Below are positions 13,881 through 28,249 of a DNA stretch of 64,000 nucleotides, piece by piece; position 1 is the stretch's first letter; each line of letters begins with the position of its first letter. This stretch comes from Eledone cirrhosa. Taxonomy: Eukaryota. Where the stretch lies: the NCBI GenBank assembly GCA_964016885.1, contig OZ024740.1, positions 129,766,001-129,830,000 on the forward strand, given 5' to 3'. The position numbers were made by a program, and so were the translations under genes. The notes under the pieces are model-generated. The model was given only the letters and a program-made list of their open reading frames with translations. It was not told the origin of the DNA and did no database searches.

Positions 13881-15785
13881 TATACAATAAATATGAAGCC
13901 ATTTACATCATCAAAATATGAGATAAACATGAATAAGATACCAGTCAATATTGCCTATTCATATATATTGACACTATTTTGGAGTAGTAATGATTGGATT
14001 GATTGAAATAGACAAGTCAATGTACAATCATCAAACCAAACACCAGTTCCCACCAATTTACAACTGTCTCCTTCTGAAATTACTTTCGTAATATCACAAA
14101 GGAATGTTCTAGATTTGACGTGAAGTTATCAAGCAAAAGAGTAAAGCATATTCGGCCGGCGTCACACTAGCTTTCAGTCAAAGAACTATCATGATATTTG
14201 ATAAATATTGATTTAGATTTCAAATTTCATATTTTTTTTATTTAACACAAGGTCTGGCCTGATTTACTACATATCCGAGAAAATCATTCTGATGCCTATC
14301 CTTTACTATCCTACTTATTCTGGCTTGGATTATCATTTATAACATGTACGAGATGAAGGCGAATTGACCTGTATTTCTAGAAAATCTGTGAACTTATATA
14401 TAATTCCTCATACATACGATATGCATAATGCAAGGGTGCGTCCTAGAAGCACATGCAAACGGGCCATTTTGGTAGACTCCTATATATTAGACATTTGATT
14501 GACCCCCGTGTGTCTGTAGTGTAAATCCTTATTTTGCAGGGACACTATGGTGGCATATTTGATCGACAGATATTATCATCTCGCCCTCAAAATCTTCAAT
14601 ACTTTCACTATTCTATGACAATTCAGAACTGCACGTAGAAACCTATTCTAAACACCTCTTTCAATGCGTTATTGGTTTTCGATTTACTTACTAATACCCT
14701 CCATGCTCAAGCGTAGACAAACCGATCATGTGTTTTTAACTATAGTATGAAGAAGACCGCCATATAGGAATTTAGCTGAGTACGGCCAACACGTGTGCCT
14801 TTATGTCGGTTAGACACCCTATTTTCACAAAGAAAATATATTCATCTTAGAGCTTGACAAGTAGAAAAACACATTTCTTGTAATTTGATGATTTGACGCC
14901 ACTCTAATCATTATTAAGACTGATTTTCTACTTGAAATAGCATTACTCTCCCAGGCCAAACAACTTGATAATTCATAAAAAACAAAACATACGATCATTT
15001 CCACGACTATGGTAATTTCTACATTGCTGCGTCTGGGCAAATATTTTTAGTGATTTATATGATGATGATAAGAAATTATTACATTTTGAATTTAATTATA
15101 CGGATTTGTATAAAATTGTGTTCGGTTAAGATTCACTAATGCATCACTCTGAGGTATGTGTTGCTTAGTTCACTTAAATGTAGCGCCGGAGCAACGTGAT
15201 AACTTCAGATTTCGTGTTGCATCATGTATTGAATTCTCTATGGATTTCTTCTCATATTTCAACATTGAAATATATTTATTTTGGCTTCTGATTCAAGAAA
15301 TAATCAATGTAAAACATAATGAATTCAGAAACTGCTTTTCTGAATTTATTATAACCCATGTTATGAAATTTCATATAGCTTCGTCTAAATTTCCTTTGAG
15401 AAAATGAAAGTCTTCATAATATAACATTAACCCTTCACTGTATCCATGCATTATGGTTTATATTGTTTAACATAATGACCTCCAGGCTTTCATTACATAT
15501 ATTCTGTCACACAAGTGTGAAGATTTTAAAGCTTAACACACGGCGAATGTCATATTCTTTTCACATTTGTATCATGTTATACGACCTATTATGAATTAAA
15601 TATGGCTTTTCTTACTGTTGGAGAATATATTAAGTATAAGGCATTCAATGAAATTACTGTTGTTGGTATTTCATGGTTTTATGGATCTCTACGTAGATAT
15701 ACGTGCAACAACCAATATTAAATTCGAAGAAACTCATGTGCACAAACGTTGAAGAACAGAGGCAAACAGCGACACATACACACTC

Positions 15786-15787
<2 letters not shown>

Positions 15788-15858
<71 letters not shown>
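15788..15858. repeat. (TA)n microsatellite
   Basis: Read directly from the sequence. Confidence 0.9.
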
Positions 15859-15859
<1 letters not shown>

Positions 15860-15941
15860 TCGGTATATGAGGATGCAATTCATTCTAGCACTCAACGTCA
15901 TATTACATCCTAAAAACAAGGATGTCGTTATAGATTGATAA

Positions 15942-16878
15942 AGAGAAAAATGCGAAGTTGAAGATGTTATGTTTCTTTATTTATGCAGCCGTTATACATA
16001 TTTCAATGACGATAGATATCGTGATTTCTTCAGACAGCAACAATTGATTAAAGCTAACATTTCCGAGGTAATTTCAGGTGGAAGGAAGCAGAGTAAAATA
16101 TTGTCTGTTTTTTCTGTTCCTTCTAAGATTCAGGTCATCCGACCGCACTGCTTAGTCGCAGGGATGTGGGTGGCTGAATACTAGACAACAACCAAGAACT
16201 CCACCAACCTTATTTGTTCTCTCTAGCTACCATTCCCCCACCTCCTCGGCCGACAACACGATATGGAGTTCAAACAGGCCAAAATGTGTTTACTGCTAGC
16301 TTTGGTAACCAGTATGATTTTAGTGAATTCATACCCGCTATCCGTTTATGACGGCATAATACCATCTACCCCAATGTGAGAAAGTCACCTACTGCTATGG
16401 TTAATATAACTTATCATAGAAAATATTTAAAGTGTCACAACCTGAAAAATCTCAAAAAAAGAAAAAAAAAGAATCGAAATTTCGGACGTTATCAGTTAAA
16501 AGTTAGAAGTCCAGAGAACTAGACAACATTCTGAAATTTCAATTTTGTTTGTCACTGACCATATCGAGTTGTCGGCCGAAAAGTTGGGGGAAGGGTATCT
16601 AGAAAGAACAAATAAGGTTGGTGGTGTTCTTGGTTGTAGTCTAGTATTCAGTCACTCACACCCCTGCGACTATGCAGTGCTGTCGGGATGATCTGAAAAT
16701 TAGAGTAAAAGCACACCTTTTTTTTAGTCCGATCCCTTCCACCTATAATAGCCTCGGAAATGTTTCCTTTTAATCAATACTTGCTGTCTGAAGAAATCAC
16801 GATATCTATCGTCATTGAAATATGTATAACGGGTCAATTAATAAAGAACCCCAACCCTTCAACTTCGCATTTTCCTCT
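15942..16878. mobile_element. Non-autonomous DNA transposon with ~320-bp terminal inverted repeats (Kolobok-like)
   Basis: Arms 15942-~16266 and ~16559-16878 are imperfect reverse complements. Termini are AGAG...CTCT, flanked by ATAA and TTAA, consistent with a TTAA target-site duplication. Confidence 0.75.
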
Positions 16879-17015
16879 TTAAATATATATATATGTATTC
16901 GTTTTATTAAGGTTACAGATAACACATCTCACTATTTTGGCTAAGTAGTATGAATATTTAAACTCTATCACGGTATGGAGTACTATTTTCAATCAGGTGT
17001 CAACTATATACTTAT

Positions 17016-17180
<165 letters not shown>

Positions 17181-18107
17181 GTTCATACGATTGTATATTT
17201 AATTAGAATGGCTAAAATGTATTGAAGCAAGTATGAATATGGAAATGAATATATATTAATATAAACGTACACATAGGCACACATACATGTAAATATTCTG
17301 AAATTCATACATACACACACAAATATATATATACAAATATATGGGTTTGTTTGTTTGTGTGTGTGTGTGTGTGGGGGGGGGGTGTATGTGTGTATGTGTG
17401 CGTGCGCGCGCGTAGGATTTATTGGTACAATATTCACTATTGCCGCACTTAACTACATTCAAAACTAAGTGTCAAAATGAAAGAAATAATCAACATTATG
17501 TAAAGCGTTGAAATGAAGGACGAAAAAGAAACCTTAAATATTAAATAAAAGAAAACACGAAAGAAGCGAGACTTGATAAGGCATATTTGAATATCATGAA
17601 TATTTTTTTTAAAGTACCATCGAGATTTGTAACAACCACTAACTTAACCACCCTGCAGGGAATTATAACAGATCAATGCGAAAAATAGAACGATAATAGC
17701 GAGGTGTGTGTGAAAGATCTAAAAGAGAATGCAATATAAATAGAAAGAAACAGTGAAAAGCTATAATGTGAAAAGGAAATCGTATGGAGGAGGGGAGAAT
17801 GAACAATTCAGAGAAGTTCATTGAAAAGAATGTTGTCAACTGACTCATTGAAGCAGAAACATTTCAATTGAAGCACACATATTCATATATGCACCACTGT
17901 TCAGACACACACATACGCATTCACACATACAAGAGCAATGCAATTCACAAACAGGCATACATATATATATATCTGAACTCATCACGTAAACATGTATATT
18001 CAGAGTTAGATAAATACATACGCGACCATACGCCTCAGCTTATAAATATTGATACACACTGACTCAATATATCTATAAATATATATTGAGTCATATATAT
18101 ATCTATC

Positions 18108-18144
<37 letters not shown>

Positions 18145-18229
18145 GTATGTTTGTATGTGTGTATGTATGTATGTATGTATGTATGTATGTGTGTATGTAT
18201 GTATGTATGTATGTATGTATATATATATA

Positions 18230-18838
18230 TGTGTCAGTTGACCAGTTGGTGCTACTGGTAACATGTATCCCAGTACAACCTGTCTCATGGTCGGGAGGTT
18301 GGCGACTAAACTGGCAACCCCACCAAGGTTTCTTGGTGAGGAGGGTGACTTTGGACATCCTGCAGGACTAAAAACAAAACCTGTCAAGGGGCAGAGGAGC
18401 TCTTAAGAGTCAATGGCCATCCAAAATCACCGGGAGAGATGATCCCTTAGCCTTTGTCAAGGCAGAATTCTAGGAGAAGGAAAACTCTGATATAACACCT
18501 GCAACCCTGATGGTATCCAATGATGTTGACTTGTTCTTCTTTTTGGTAAATATCATATTGGTTAAGAGAGTGGGACTGGCTTTGTGCAGTGACTTTGCTC
18601 ACTATAAAAGCTTCACGGCACAGGCATTGCTTTATATCTGGAGATCTCTCTGCACTTGTCGTCACATGGTACCAAAGGCAAAGCACTATGTGTCAATAAT
18701 TGTCACAAGTATAGTGTTTGTACCAGAGTTTTCAAGTCGCTGGCTGGACTAAAAAGTCACACTCGTTCAGCGCATCGGTAGGGGTTCTCCTACATGGATA
18801 TAAAGTAGTGGCCGTACTCGACAACGAGTTGGCAGCCA

Positions 18839-18840
<2 letters not shown>
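18230..18840. mobile_element. Probable RTE-type LINE remnant(s) between (TATG)n and (TA)n tracts
   Basis: A GC-richer island with an RTE-like leader on the plus strand. The minus strand carries LTNMIFTKKKNK, similar to the APE endonuclease NT.F.K motif. Confidence 0.35.
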
Positions 18841-18880
<40 letters not shown>

Positions 18881-18881
18881 T

Positions 18882-18955
<74 letters not shown>

Positions 18956-19463
18956 GTAGATAAATCAATAATGCCAATTCTAACACATATATGTCCTAGA
19001 AACGATCGTTAAATAATGAACTTTTTTTGTTTAATATAAGGAACTATGTCATTGTTTTATTCATTATTTTTTTAATATTTTATATATATATATATACTTG
19101 TGTTTCTGTGAGCGTGTGTATGTACAATCACAGGCCTACATATAAAGAGTATCAAATAGCGAAGGGATGTGCAATATAATTATAACGTCATCAGCATGAA
19201 CAACAATATGAACAGTAAATAGGATGTTAACTAAAGCTCGAACGAGAGCAACATCAATATCAATAACATTTGTAATGACTATAATGAGATGAACAACAGC
19301 TGAAAAAGTCTGTCGGATCAGAAGTGAGGTCGCTGCATGCACTCACAGTCATCATGCTTCATGGATTTCAGAGGTATATAATTCACCATGATACTTTGTT
19401 TCGTGCGATTATTACATTTTCATATTCTCACATTTTTAAAACAGATATAAACCAGGCACAACA

Positions 19464-19501
<38 letters not shown>

Positions 19502-19503
<2 letters not shown>

Positions 19504-22500
19504 TTTCTTTATTAACCACAAAGGTTTACATAAAGTAGACATTAAGGACAGTACAGGACAATAGAGGGCGGTACAAATGGGCATTTCTGCGTGTAAAAAA
19601 CAAGAAACAGAAGATGTAATAATAGAACATTGAAAAAAATTCCCTAATAGGGGGGAGACTTCCGAGGCACATTTGTGGAGAAAGCCCATTAAAAGACCAC
19701 AGTGATCATGACCACCAAGGCAAGTGCCCCCTCCCAGTTTTCCACCTTTAATTTACAGACACATACTCAGACTAGACCCATTCACTCGGGCCATACTTGC
19801 TTCTCTCACCCATCTTTCAACAAAATGCGGGAAAGAGAGCACTTCCCTCTCTACCCTGATTTTCCTTTTCAAATGAAATCTGAAAAAGTTAATCAGGGCC
19901 TCACCGAAGAGGTAATTGCTCGTCTTCAGCCCTTTCAAACGTGTCCACCATACTATCTCTTTCGCCATGGCCATAAGACGGATAAAAACTGCCTGCCCTT
20001 CCCGGCTAAAGCAAGAGGGCGGGGCAATTCTCACGATGGACTCGGCAGATAGCTGGATCCGTCCTACATGTGACAGCAGGTGTTCGACATAAGCCCACAA
20101 GTCAGAAATGCTTGGACACTGGACGAATGCGTGCAGGACGGTTTCGTCGTCATGCGCGCATCTCGGACATGCCCGGCTGACGGCACCTCCATGCCTGTAG
20201 AGTTTATCCCAAACTAGCAAAGCTCCTCGGTAGCACTGCCAGGCCAGGGATTTCTGGAAGTTGTCCATAGGCCCCGGCCCGAAAGTCCTTCCGAAGAGAT
20301 TGGCTAGTTGATTTTTGTCGATGCCTAGACTTTCTCCAAGTACGTCGTCGCTCTTTCCCTCAATTAATCCTCTATAGAACGCCAAGGTTCAGTTTCCACA
20401 GATTTCATTACCCAATTGGTGGCGGGCTGTGAGCGCCTGAAAACATTTTAGTCTCCAAGCGCTTCCTCTCGGTCTTCGCTTGACCCAGGACTGCAGCTCC
20501 GTCAATGAGACGAGCTGGGGAAATACGTGTCTAGAAAACTGCGACCACACCTGATCAAGGTAAGGAAGAGGTGGAGATGTCGTAGCCTGAGCGCGTGTCT
20601 GCGCATCATCATCATCAGCCACGGCATGCCCAGCCCTCCACGTAGCGGGTGTTGACAGCAGATGGACCGCCTGATCATCGGAGCGCGTCCCTTCCACAAA
20701 AAGCGAAAGAGCACGGCCCAAGCGCAGTCAGGCTGGGCTTAGGACAAGGTACGACGGTCAGGCGGTAGTAGATGACGGACGCGATGTACGCGTTAGCCAC
20801 CTCCGTTCGACCTTTCAGGGATAGCTTTCTCTCCGCCCATTTCTGGGTGAGAGAAGCCACCCTGCTCGTCACCTCGTCCCAGTTTTTGTCCGTCTGGAGG
20901 TCCGGACAAAACCAGACAGCTAGCAATTTAACCAGTCCGTCCGTGCAGCGCTCGACGACGCTGTTGGACGGCATGGACCTGCCTCTCCAGGTGCCGAGCT
21001 GCTGGCCCACTGACTTTTCCTGGTTGATCATTGCTCCTGTCACCGCTTCGTATTCTCTTAGTGTAATGCCGATCGCCTCGATGTATTTTAGCGTTCGACA
21101 CCACTACAGTGACATCGTCCGCATATGCTGACACGGATCTTCCGCATTCTAGTTTGCGCGGGACCCCCCTCAACGTCTCCAGTCTGAGCAGTAATAGCTC
21201 GAGAGTCAATACCTACAAGGGGGACGAGATGCGACATCCTTGGCGGACCGAGCGCATGATGTTGAACGGTTCCGAAAGGTGACCGTTCACTCTCACCACA
21301 GAGCAGATGTCGCTATGCATGGCAGCGATCCAGCCTCTGAAGATGTGTCCAAAGCCTGCCTCCCTCAGGGCTGCCGCTAGGTAACGATGGTCGACCCTAT
21401 CGAAAGCTTTCGACTGATCTACATTGATCAAGGACCCACCCGTGCCAGGTTCCCTAACTACCTTCTCTACGATGTATCGCATGAGGTGGTGGTTGTCGTG
21501 GACGGATCTGTCGGGAATGGCGCAGACATCTGCGCCTCTCCCACCAGACCACGAACGACACGCGCCAACCTCTTTGCTAGCCTCTTGGCCAAAATCTTGA
21601 ACTCTGTGTTTAGCTGAGTTATGGGCCTGAAATTATCTATGTTATCCCCCTTGTTCGGATCCTTTCTCAGTAGCGACCCACCTCCTCGGCTCACAGAGCT
21701 GGACATTCTCCCGTTCTCTTGCCAGTTGCAGTAGACGTCCAACAAGAGGCATCGAACAAGTATGGCATATGTACGTAAATTTCATAGGGCAGATCATAAA
21801 AAATAGGCGTTTTACTCCTTGTGCAGCCAGTCATTGCCTCCAGTACTTCAGCGGCTGTTATCGGCTTTTCGCAAAGCTCCGCCTCAGTGGCCGAGAGCCG
21901 CGGCAGTCCGTCGAGGTAGACACTAAAGTCCATCCATCGATCCGGCCTGCCGCTGCCCCCGAACAGCTGTACGAAGTGTCGCTGAAAAGCTTCACACATT
22001 TGCCCGGGATCGAGTACCATGCGCCCGCCGTGGTCCAACAAAGACCGGATCCTGGCTTTGTTGCCACGACGCGCCTCCGCCAATCGGGCCCATTGAACGG
22101 CTTTCGTCCCCTCGTTTCTGAGAGCACGCACCCTAGTTCTGACAACGCAGCCTTCGTGCTTTGCATTGAAGAATTGGCCAAGGGCCAATTTCGCCGCAAG
22201 TACGTCGGTCGTGATGCCTTTGCTAACCGCCTCGTCTAATTTTCTAACTAATTCTCCCTCTGCTCTATTTTTCTCTATTGCTAAAGCCTTACTAAACCTA
22301 AAGGACTCTATTCGAATTGCTCTTTTCAGAGCAAACCACAACTTGTTGTTGAAGATGACCCCCGTCAACGCCCGCTTAACAATTCGCTAATCCGGTCTCT
22401 GTAGGCCTTGCGTGCTGGTAAGGACACGTTTAGCTTCCAGTAGCCGGGTCCTCGTCTATGAAGCCTATCTTAGTCAAGCACACAGATCACGAATTTGTGG

Positions 22501-24581
22501 TTAGTGTAGCTAACTATCTTAAATTGTGGACAGCCTATGCTAGACCTATCTATTTCCCTACAAAATACTCTATCTAGATATGATCTGATTGACATTATGG
22601 GATTTGTCCAAGTCCACATTGGCACGTTCTCGAAATCCAATCGGTACCGGTCAGACAGTTCAAAACACCTGAGCAGGTTGGTGAGGCTCTTGCACCCTCC
22701 TCCCCTATCCGCTGATCGCACACAATCCCAGCGTGCATCTAAGATCCCGTTCCAGTCGCCTACTAACACTAAAGTGCGGGACGTTCCAAGAAAGGTCTCC
22801 AGAGGCCTGAAGAAATCAGGCCGCCCTGCTCCTGTTGGGGCATAGACGGCCACTAGCCTGAAAGCTTGCCCGTCTCCGCTGGTCACGTCTAGCACCACCA
22901 ACTTACCTTCTGGGTCCAGGAAGATGGCCCGTATGGCGAGATCCAAAACTCTCCGAAAAAGCACAGCAACTCCACCCCCCGATCCCGGACGGCTGGGAGA
23001 TGCGTACACATCGTAGCCGCCGAAGATCGGTGCGAAGGCCCTTTCTTCGGAGATTCTGGTCTCGCTGATGGCCCCTACATCTATGTTTAGTGACCCTGCT
23101 TCCATAACGACCCCAAGCCACGCGTATTTATGCTGCCTATTATGAGTGAGGTCATGTTAAATTGGAGTGGAAAAGATGGGAAAGACCACTTACCTTACTT
23201 ATCGTAGAGGAAGGATGGTTTGTGCATCCTTTTCACTGCTTGTGGTATCCACCGGAAGGATGTCCTTATAAATCCTCATGGAGAGTGTTTGTCGAAATTC
23301 TCCAATGTCTTCGGGGTATTTTTGTTTTAGTGTCGTGTACGTTTTTTGTGTTATGCGAGTGATTTGTATGTGTGGAGTTGGTGTGAACGTTTGGGTTGGT
23401 GTGTAGTCGTTTTCTGTGATGCTGGTGTTGTCTTGGATGTAGTGTAATAATTGGTTGTTGTTCAAATTTAAAGTTGTGTAGTGTGTATCGTTTTGGTTGT
23501 TTTGTTTCTTTTGCGTTTGTTGTGGGTTTGTTTCTGTTTCGCTTTTTGGTGACTTTTATGGTGTTGGGGTTAATGATGTTGACGGTGTTAGTGCTTGTGG
23601 TGATGGGGTTGGTGATGCCGGTGTGGATGGTGGCATATATGTCCTAACTTTTTTGTTTGATAGTTTATTTGTTTCCCTCTGTATTTTGTTTTTGGAGGGG
23701 GAGGGAAGATAATTGTTTTCTTTTTTGGTTTCTTTTTTTCTTTTTTCCTGATACCACTCCTCGTCGTCACAATCTGTCTCCAGTTGTGATAGGCCGGGGA
23801 GTGGAAAATCCTCCACAGGCTTTGGTTTTGGTTGTGGTGTGGTGGATGGTGTAGGCGCTGGTGCTAGTTCTGTATTATTAGGTTGGTGGTGGGGGGCTGA
23901 CCCTGTACCCATCTTTCTTTACCATTTTTTTGGCATTTTCTAATTCCTTCTGAGTTACCTGAAATGCTTCACACTGATTTGCTACTCTGGCAAAACTCAG
24001 GGTGGTTTTCTTAATTTCATTGTTGCTGTTGTTGTTATCGTTATTTTTGTTATTATTAATTTTAGTGTCAATTGTGGTGGTGGTGGCGTCAGTGGTGTTC
24101 GGTGTGGAAGAGTTCATTTTGGTTGAATTCATTTCGATATCACGGGATAATTTATTTTTTCTTTTGTTTATGTTGTCGCGGTGTTGGTGGTGGAGGCTTT
24201 AACACCTGCAGTCAGTGGTAATGGCGGGAAATGAATGTCTGCCTGAGACAAATTTAAAATATTGCTAATGTTTATATTTTTAGTGTTGACAAACGTAGTA
24301 ATATTTACAATGGTAGTGTCTGTGTGAGATGTTAGTTTGTGAGGAAGGAGTGACTTTGAGTCATCCATGATTTTTCAAAGAAACATTTTTGTTTGATAAT
24401 TATAAAAGTTTTAATTTTGGGCTCAAGGTCCCAATCTATTTGAGTGTTCTTTTCGGAAAACAATGTATGTGCACTTATATGCAGCTAACAATAAAAATTT
24501 TCCATAAATGGCAATTTTAAACAAAGAAAACAACAAACTTTTGCGGAGCTCACGATGATACGATTTACTACGTAGGACGCC
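19502..24581 (-). mobile_element. L1/Tx1-type LINE copy 1 (both ends retained, decayed, internal ORF1 deletion)
   Basis: Contains APE (ISET, GDWNG, YLDRVF), RT (DQSKAFDRVDH, RQGC, AYADD) and zf-RVT (CPRC..DETVLH..VQC). The 3' end has AATAAA then (ATT)n. The 5' end GGCGTCCTACG abuts (ATT)n. Confidence 0.92.
19753..23156 (-). pseudogene. ORF2 (APE-RT-zinc finger) of LINE copy 1, frameshifted
   Basis: ORF fragments from 22470-23105 down to 19753-20385 are collinear with ORF2 of copy 4. Confidence 0.9.
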
Positions 24582-24614
24582 AATAATAATAATAATTATA
24601 ATAATAATAATAAT

Positions 24615-26455
24615 GATTTCATTTATTGGCTACAAGGGCCGACATATAGGAGAAAATACAAAAGACTGGGACAGTGGGGTTTTACAGAAAAATCGAGTAA
24701 ACAATATGATTAAAAATAACAAAGTAACAATAAAGTAACAATAAAATTACAAGAAGAAATTCCCCATAGGGGGGATGACCACCTAGGGTTCGCTGAGGAA
24801 CCCCCACCAATCCTGAACGACCCGACGCTTCGAGAGCACCCTGGAAGGGCACCCACTCCTCCTCAAATTCACCTACCTACAGCCCTATGACCAGAGTAGG
24901 CCCACTCACACGGGCCATTCTCGCCACATTCACCCACCTTTCAGCAAATGTACTGGGGGGGGGGGGGACTTCTCCCTCCACCCTCACCTTCCTTTCTAAG
25001 TGAAACTTGAAAAAGTTGATGAGGGATTGACCGAAGAGAAAAGTGTCTGTCTTCAGTCCTTTCAACCGCGTCCACCATGCAACCTCTTTCGCTACTGCCA
25101 CCAGACAGAGGAACATTGCCTGCCCTTCCTGGCCAAAAGAAGGCGGCGGGTCGATCTTCACTATGGATTCGATAGATAGCCGGATCCGTTCTACACGCGA
25201 CAACAGCTGTTCAACATAACTCCACCATTCAGTAATGCACGGACACTGGACGAGTGCGTGCAGAACGGTTTCGTCGCTCTGCGCGCATCTCGGGCAGGTC
25301 CGTCTGACAGCACTTCCGTGTCTGTAGAGTTTATCTCGAACCGGCAGTGCCCCCCGGTAGCACTGCCAAGTGAGGGATTTTGGGAAATTATCCATCGTCC
25401 CCGGCTCGAAAGTCCTCCGGTACAGACTGGATAGTTCGACTCCCATATCCTCTCCGAGTGCGTCGTCGCACTTGCCCACCACTAATCCTCTATAGAACTC
25501 GAGAGTGGAAGTTCCACTGACCGCATTTCCCGCCTGGTAGAGGCCAGTGAGTGCCTGGCAACATTCCAGATGCCAGTCACCCAGTCTCGGTCTCTTCTTC
25601 ACCCAGGGCTGCAACTCAGTCAAAGAAACGAGCTGCGGAAAGGCCCGTCTGACAAACGGCGTCCGCACCTGTTCACCGTTTAGGCAGAATATATGAAGAT
25701 GCCGCAGCCTCAGCTGTTGGACGGCATGGACTTTCCTCTCCAGGTGCCGAGTTGTAAGCCCACCGACTTTTCCGGGTTAAGTTTTGCTACCGTCAACCTT
25801 TCATGTTCCTCGAATAAGTTGCCGACCACCTCGATGTCTGAGGTGTCCGACACCATCACGGTGATGTCGTCGCATAAGCCGACACAGCCTTTCCGCGTCC
25901 CTGTTCGAGCGGGATGCTCTGCAACAGCTCCAGCTTCCGCATTAAAGCCTCGTGAGTCAATACATATAGAAGTGAGGAGAGAGGGCACCCTTGTCGGACC
26001 GATCGGGAGACCTGAAACTGTTCCGAGTGGTGGCCATTAATTTTGATCATCGAGCAGGTGCCGCTTTGCATTGCAGCGATCCAGCTTCTGAAGACGGGGC
26101 CGAAGCCAGCCGCCTTGAGGACAGCCTCCAGGTACCGATGGTCGACCCTATCGAATGATTTCGATTGATCTAAATTGATCAGAGCCCCACCGAAGCCAGG
26201 TTTACACCCTACCCTCTCTATGATGTATCACATTAGGTGGAGGCTGTCGTGTATGGACCTGGTTGGGATTGCGCAAGTTTGCGCCTCCCCAACCAAATCC
26301 CCGACGTCAAGCACCAACCTCTTCGCTAAAACCCTGGCCAAATTCTTAAACTCTGTGTTGAGCGAGTTATGGGCCTGAAATTGTCTAATGTGTCCCTCTT
26401 GTTCTCATCTTTCCTTATCACCGTCATTACGCCCCGGCTCACAGAACTGGGAATA
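24615..26455 (-). mobile_element. L1/Tx1-type LINE copy 2 (diverged subfamily, 5'-truncated)
   Basis: ORF 24877-25668 (zf-RVT) and RT fragments (RQGCPLS) are homologous to copy 4. The 3'UTR differs. AATAAA precedes (ATT)n. Confidence 0.88.
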
Positions 26456-26499
26456 CTTGGTGCGATCGTTTTGGAAAATTTAATGTCTAGATATGAGCG

Positions 26500-26589
26500 A
26501 GCTTCCTGAAGAATCCGGCGCTCGAGTTTATATAATTATTACATAATTATTGGATAACTCAAAACACGGACGAAACCATGGTAGAGGTT
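26500..26589 (+). ncRNA. Type I hammerhead ribozyme
   Basis: Stem I AGCUUC/GAGGUU; core CUGAAGA; stem II AUCCG/CGGAC (first pair A-C) extended by GAGUU/AACUC; then GAAAC-CAUG-GUA. Predicted cleavage after 26583. Confidence 0.8.
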
Positions 26590-27160
26590 TTTTAAGTGTA
26601 TTCTATTTTCTCCTAGTTTATTTTTAACCTAATTCTGCTTAGTTGACTGTATCTGAGCGATTACGCTGTCGAAATATTCGATACAAATCCCACTACGGCC
26701 GACGCGAAGCGCTAGTTTTGGTTAATTGTTGGAGATTCCTTCATAGAAGCCTCATTCGTATAGCCTGGTCTATTCGATTTTTATATAGTTATTTATGCTA
26801 ATTGGGAGAGGAAATAGTATATATTTTATCTTGTGATTCTATAGACATGTTTTATGATATATAGCTCTGATTGTTTAATTTATTAATTTTTCATTGAGCC
26901 AACAAGTGACCAGTTGCAAAACACGTATATGCATGTGTATGCATATATATATAAATAAACTGTTATATGTAATAATCTACCACTAGGTTGAGATACACAT
27001 TTGGCTGGATTGTGCTGTGCTTTCTAGCAAAAATGCCACCAGTCGTAAGCAACTACCATACCCCTTCCAACTTGACCGCGACTACGTCACGATTTTTAGC
27101 CATTTTGAAATGAATTCTTGGCGCGATCGTTTTGGAAAATTTAATGTCTAGATATGAGCG

Positions 27161-27250
27161 AGCTTCCTGAAGAATCCGGCGCTCGAGTTTATATAATTAT
27201 TACATAATTATTGGATAACTCAAAACACGGACGAAACCATGGTAGAGGTT
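27161..27250 (+). ncRNA. Type I hammerhead ribozyme (second copy)
   Basis: Same sequence and fold as 26500-26589. Predicted cleavage after 27244. Confidence 0.8.
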
Positions 27251-27589
27251 TTTAAGTGTATTCTATTTTCTCCTAGTTTATTTTAAACCTAATTCTGCTT
27301 AGTTGACTGTATCTCAGCGATTACGCTGTCGAAATATTCGATACATATTCCACTACAGCCGACGCGAAGCGCTAGTTTCGGTTAATTGTTGGAGATTCCT
27401 TCATAGAAGCCTCATTCGTATAGCCTGGTCTATTCGATTTTTATATAGTTAATTATGCTAATTGGGAGAGGAAATAGTATATATTTTATCTTGTGATTCA
27501 ATAGACATGTTTTATGATATATAGCTCTGATTGTTTAATTTAGTAATTTTTCATTGAGCCAAAAAGTGACCAGTTGCAAAACACGTATA

Positions 27590-27872
<283 letters not shown>

Positions 27873-28249
27873 ACTTATATATAAACACATGCCTCCTGGT
27901 GATATTATACGAATGAATGATTTGTAGTCCTGTACATTTCATTTCTATCGATATACTACAAACACACTGTGATTGTGTGCTTGTCTCTAATTCAATACAG
28001 CCAAACCTGCGCATAACGGGAAAATACTTTAAAAGTAAGTTGCCCCTGAAATGGGAATTCCAATGAAATAAATCAAACTTCGCCAAAATCGGAGCACGTC
28101 TTCCCAAAATACTGAGTTTTTTCCGGGCACCTTGATAAATAGAGAGAGAGAAAGATAGCTGGAAAGAGATAATGATTGTGAGAGAGTAGATTGAAAGAGA
28201 GTTATCCTAAGCAATTTTGCAACACCCACAACACGTAATCCCATGTTAG

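Noticed and set aside
26693-27376. GCCGACGCGAAGCGCTAG|T as a Helitron 3' end within the 660-bp repeat
   Set aside because: The duplication continues ~230 bp past the CTAG and the hairpin is weak. The hammerhead explains the unit better, though a Helitron origin is not fully excluded.
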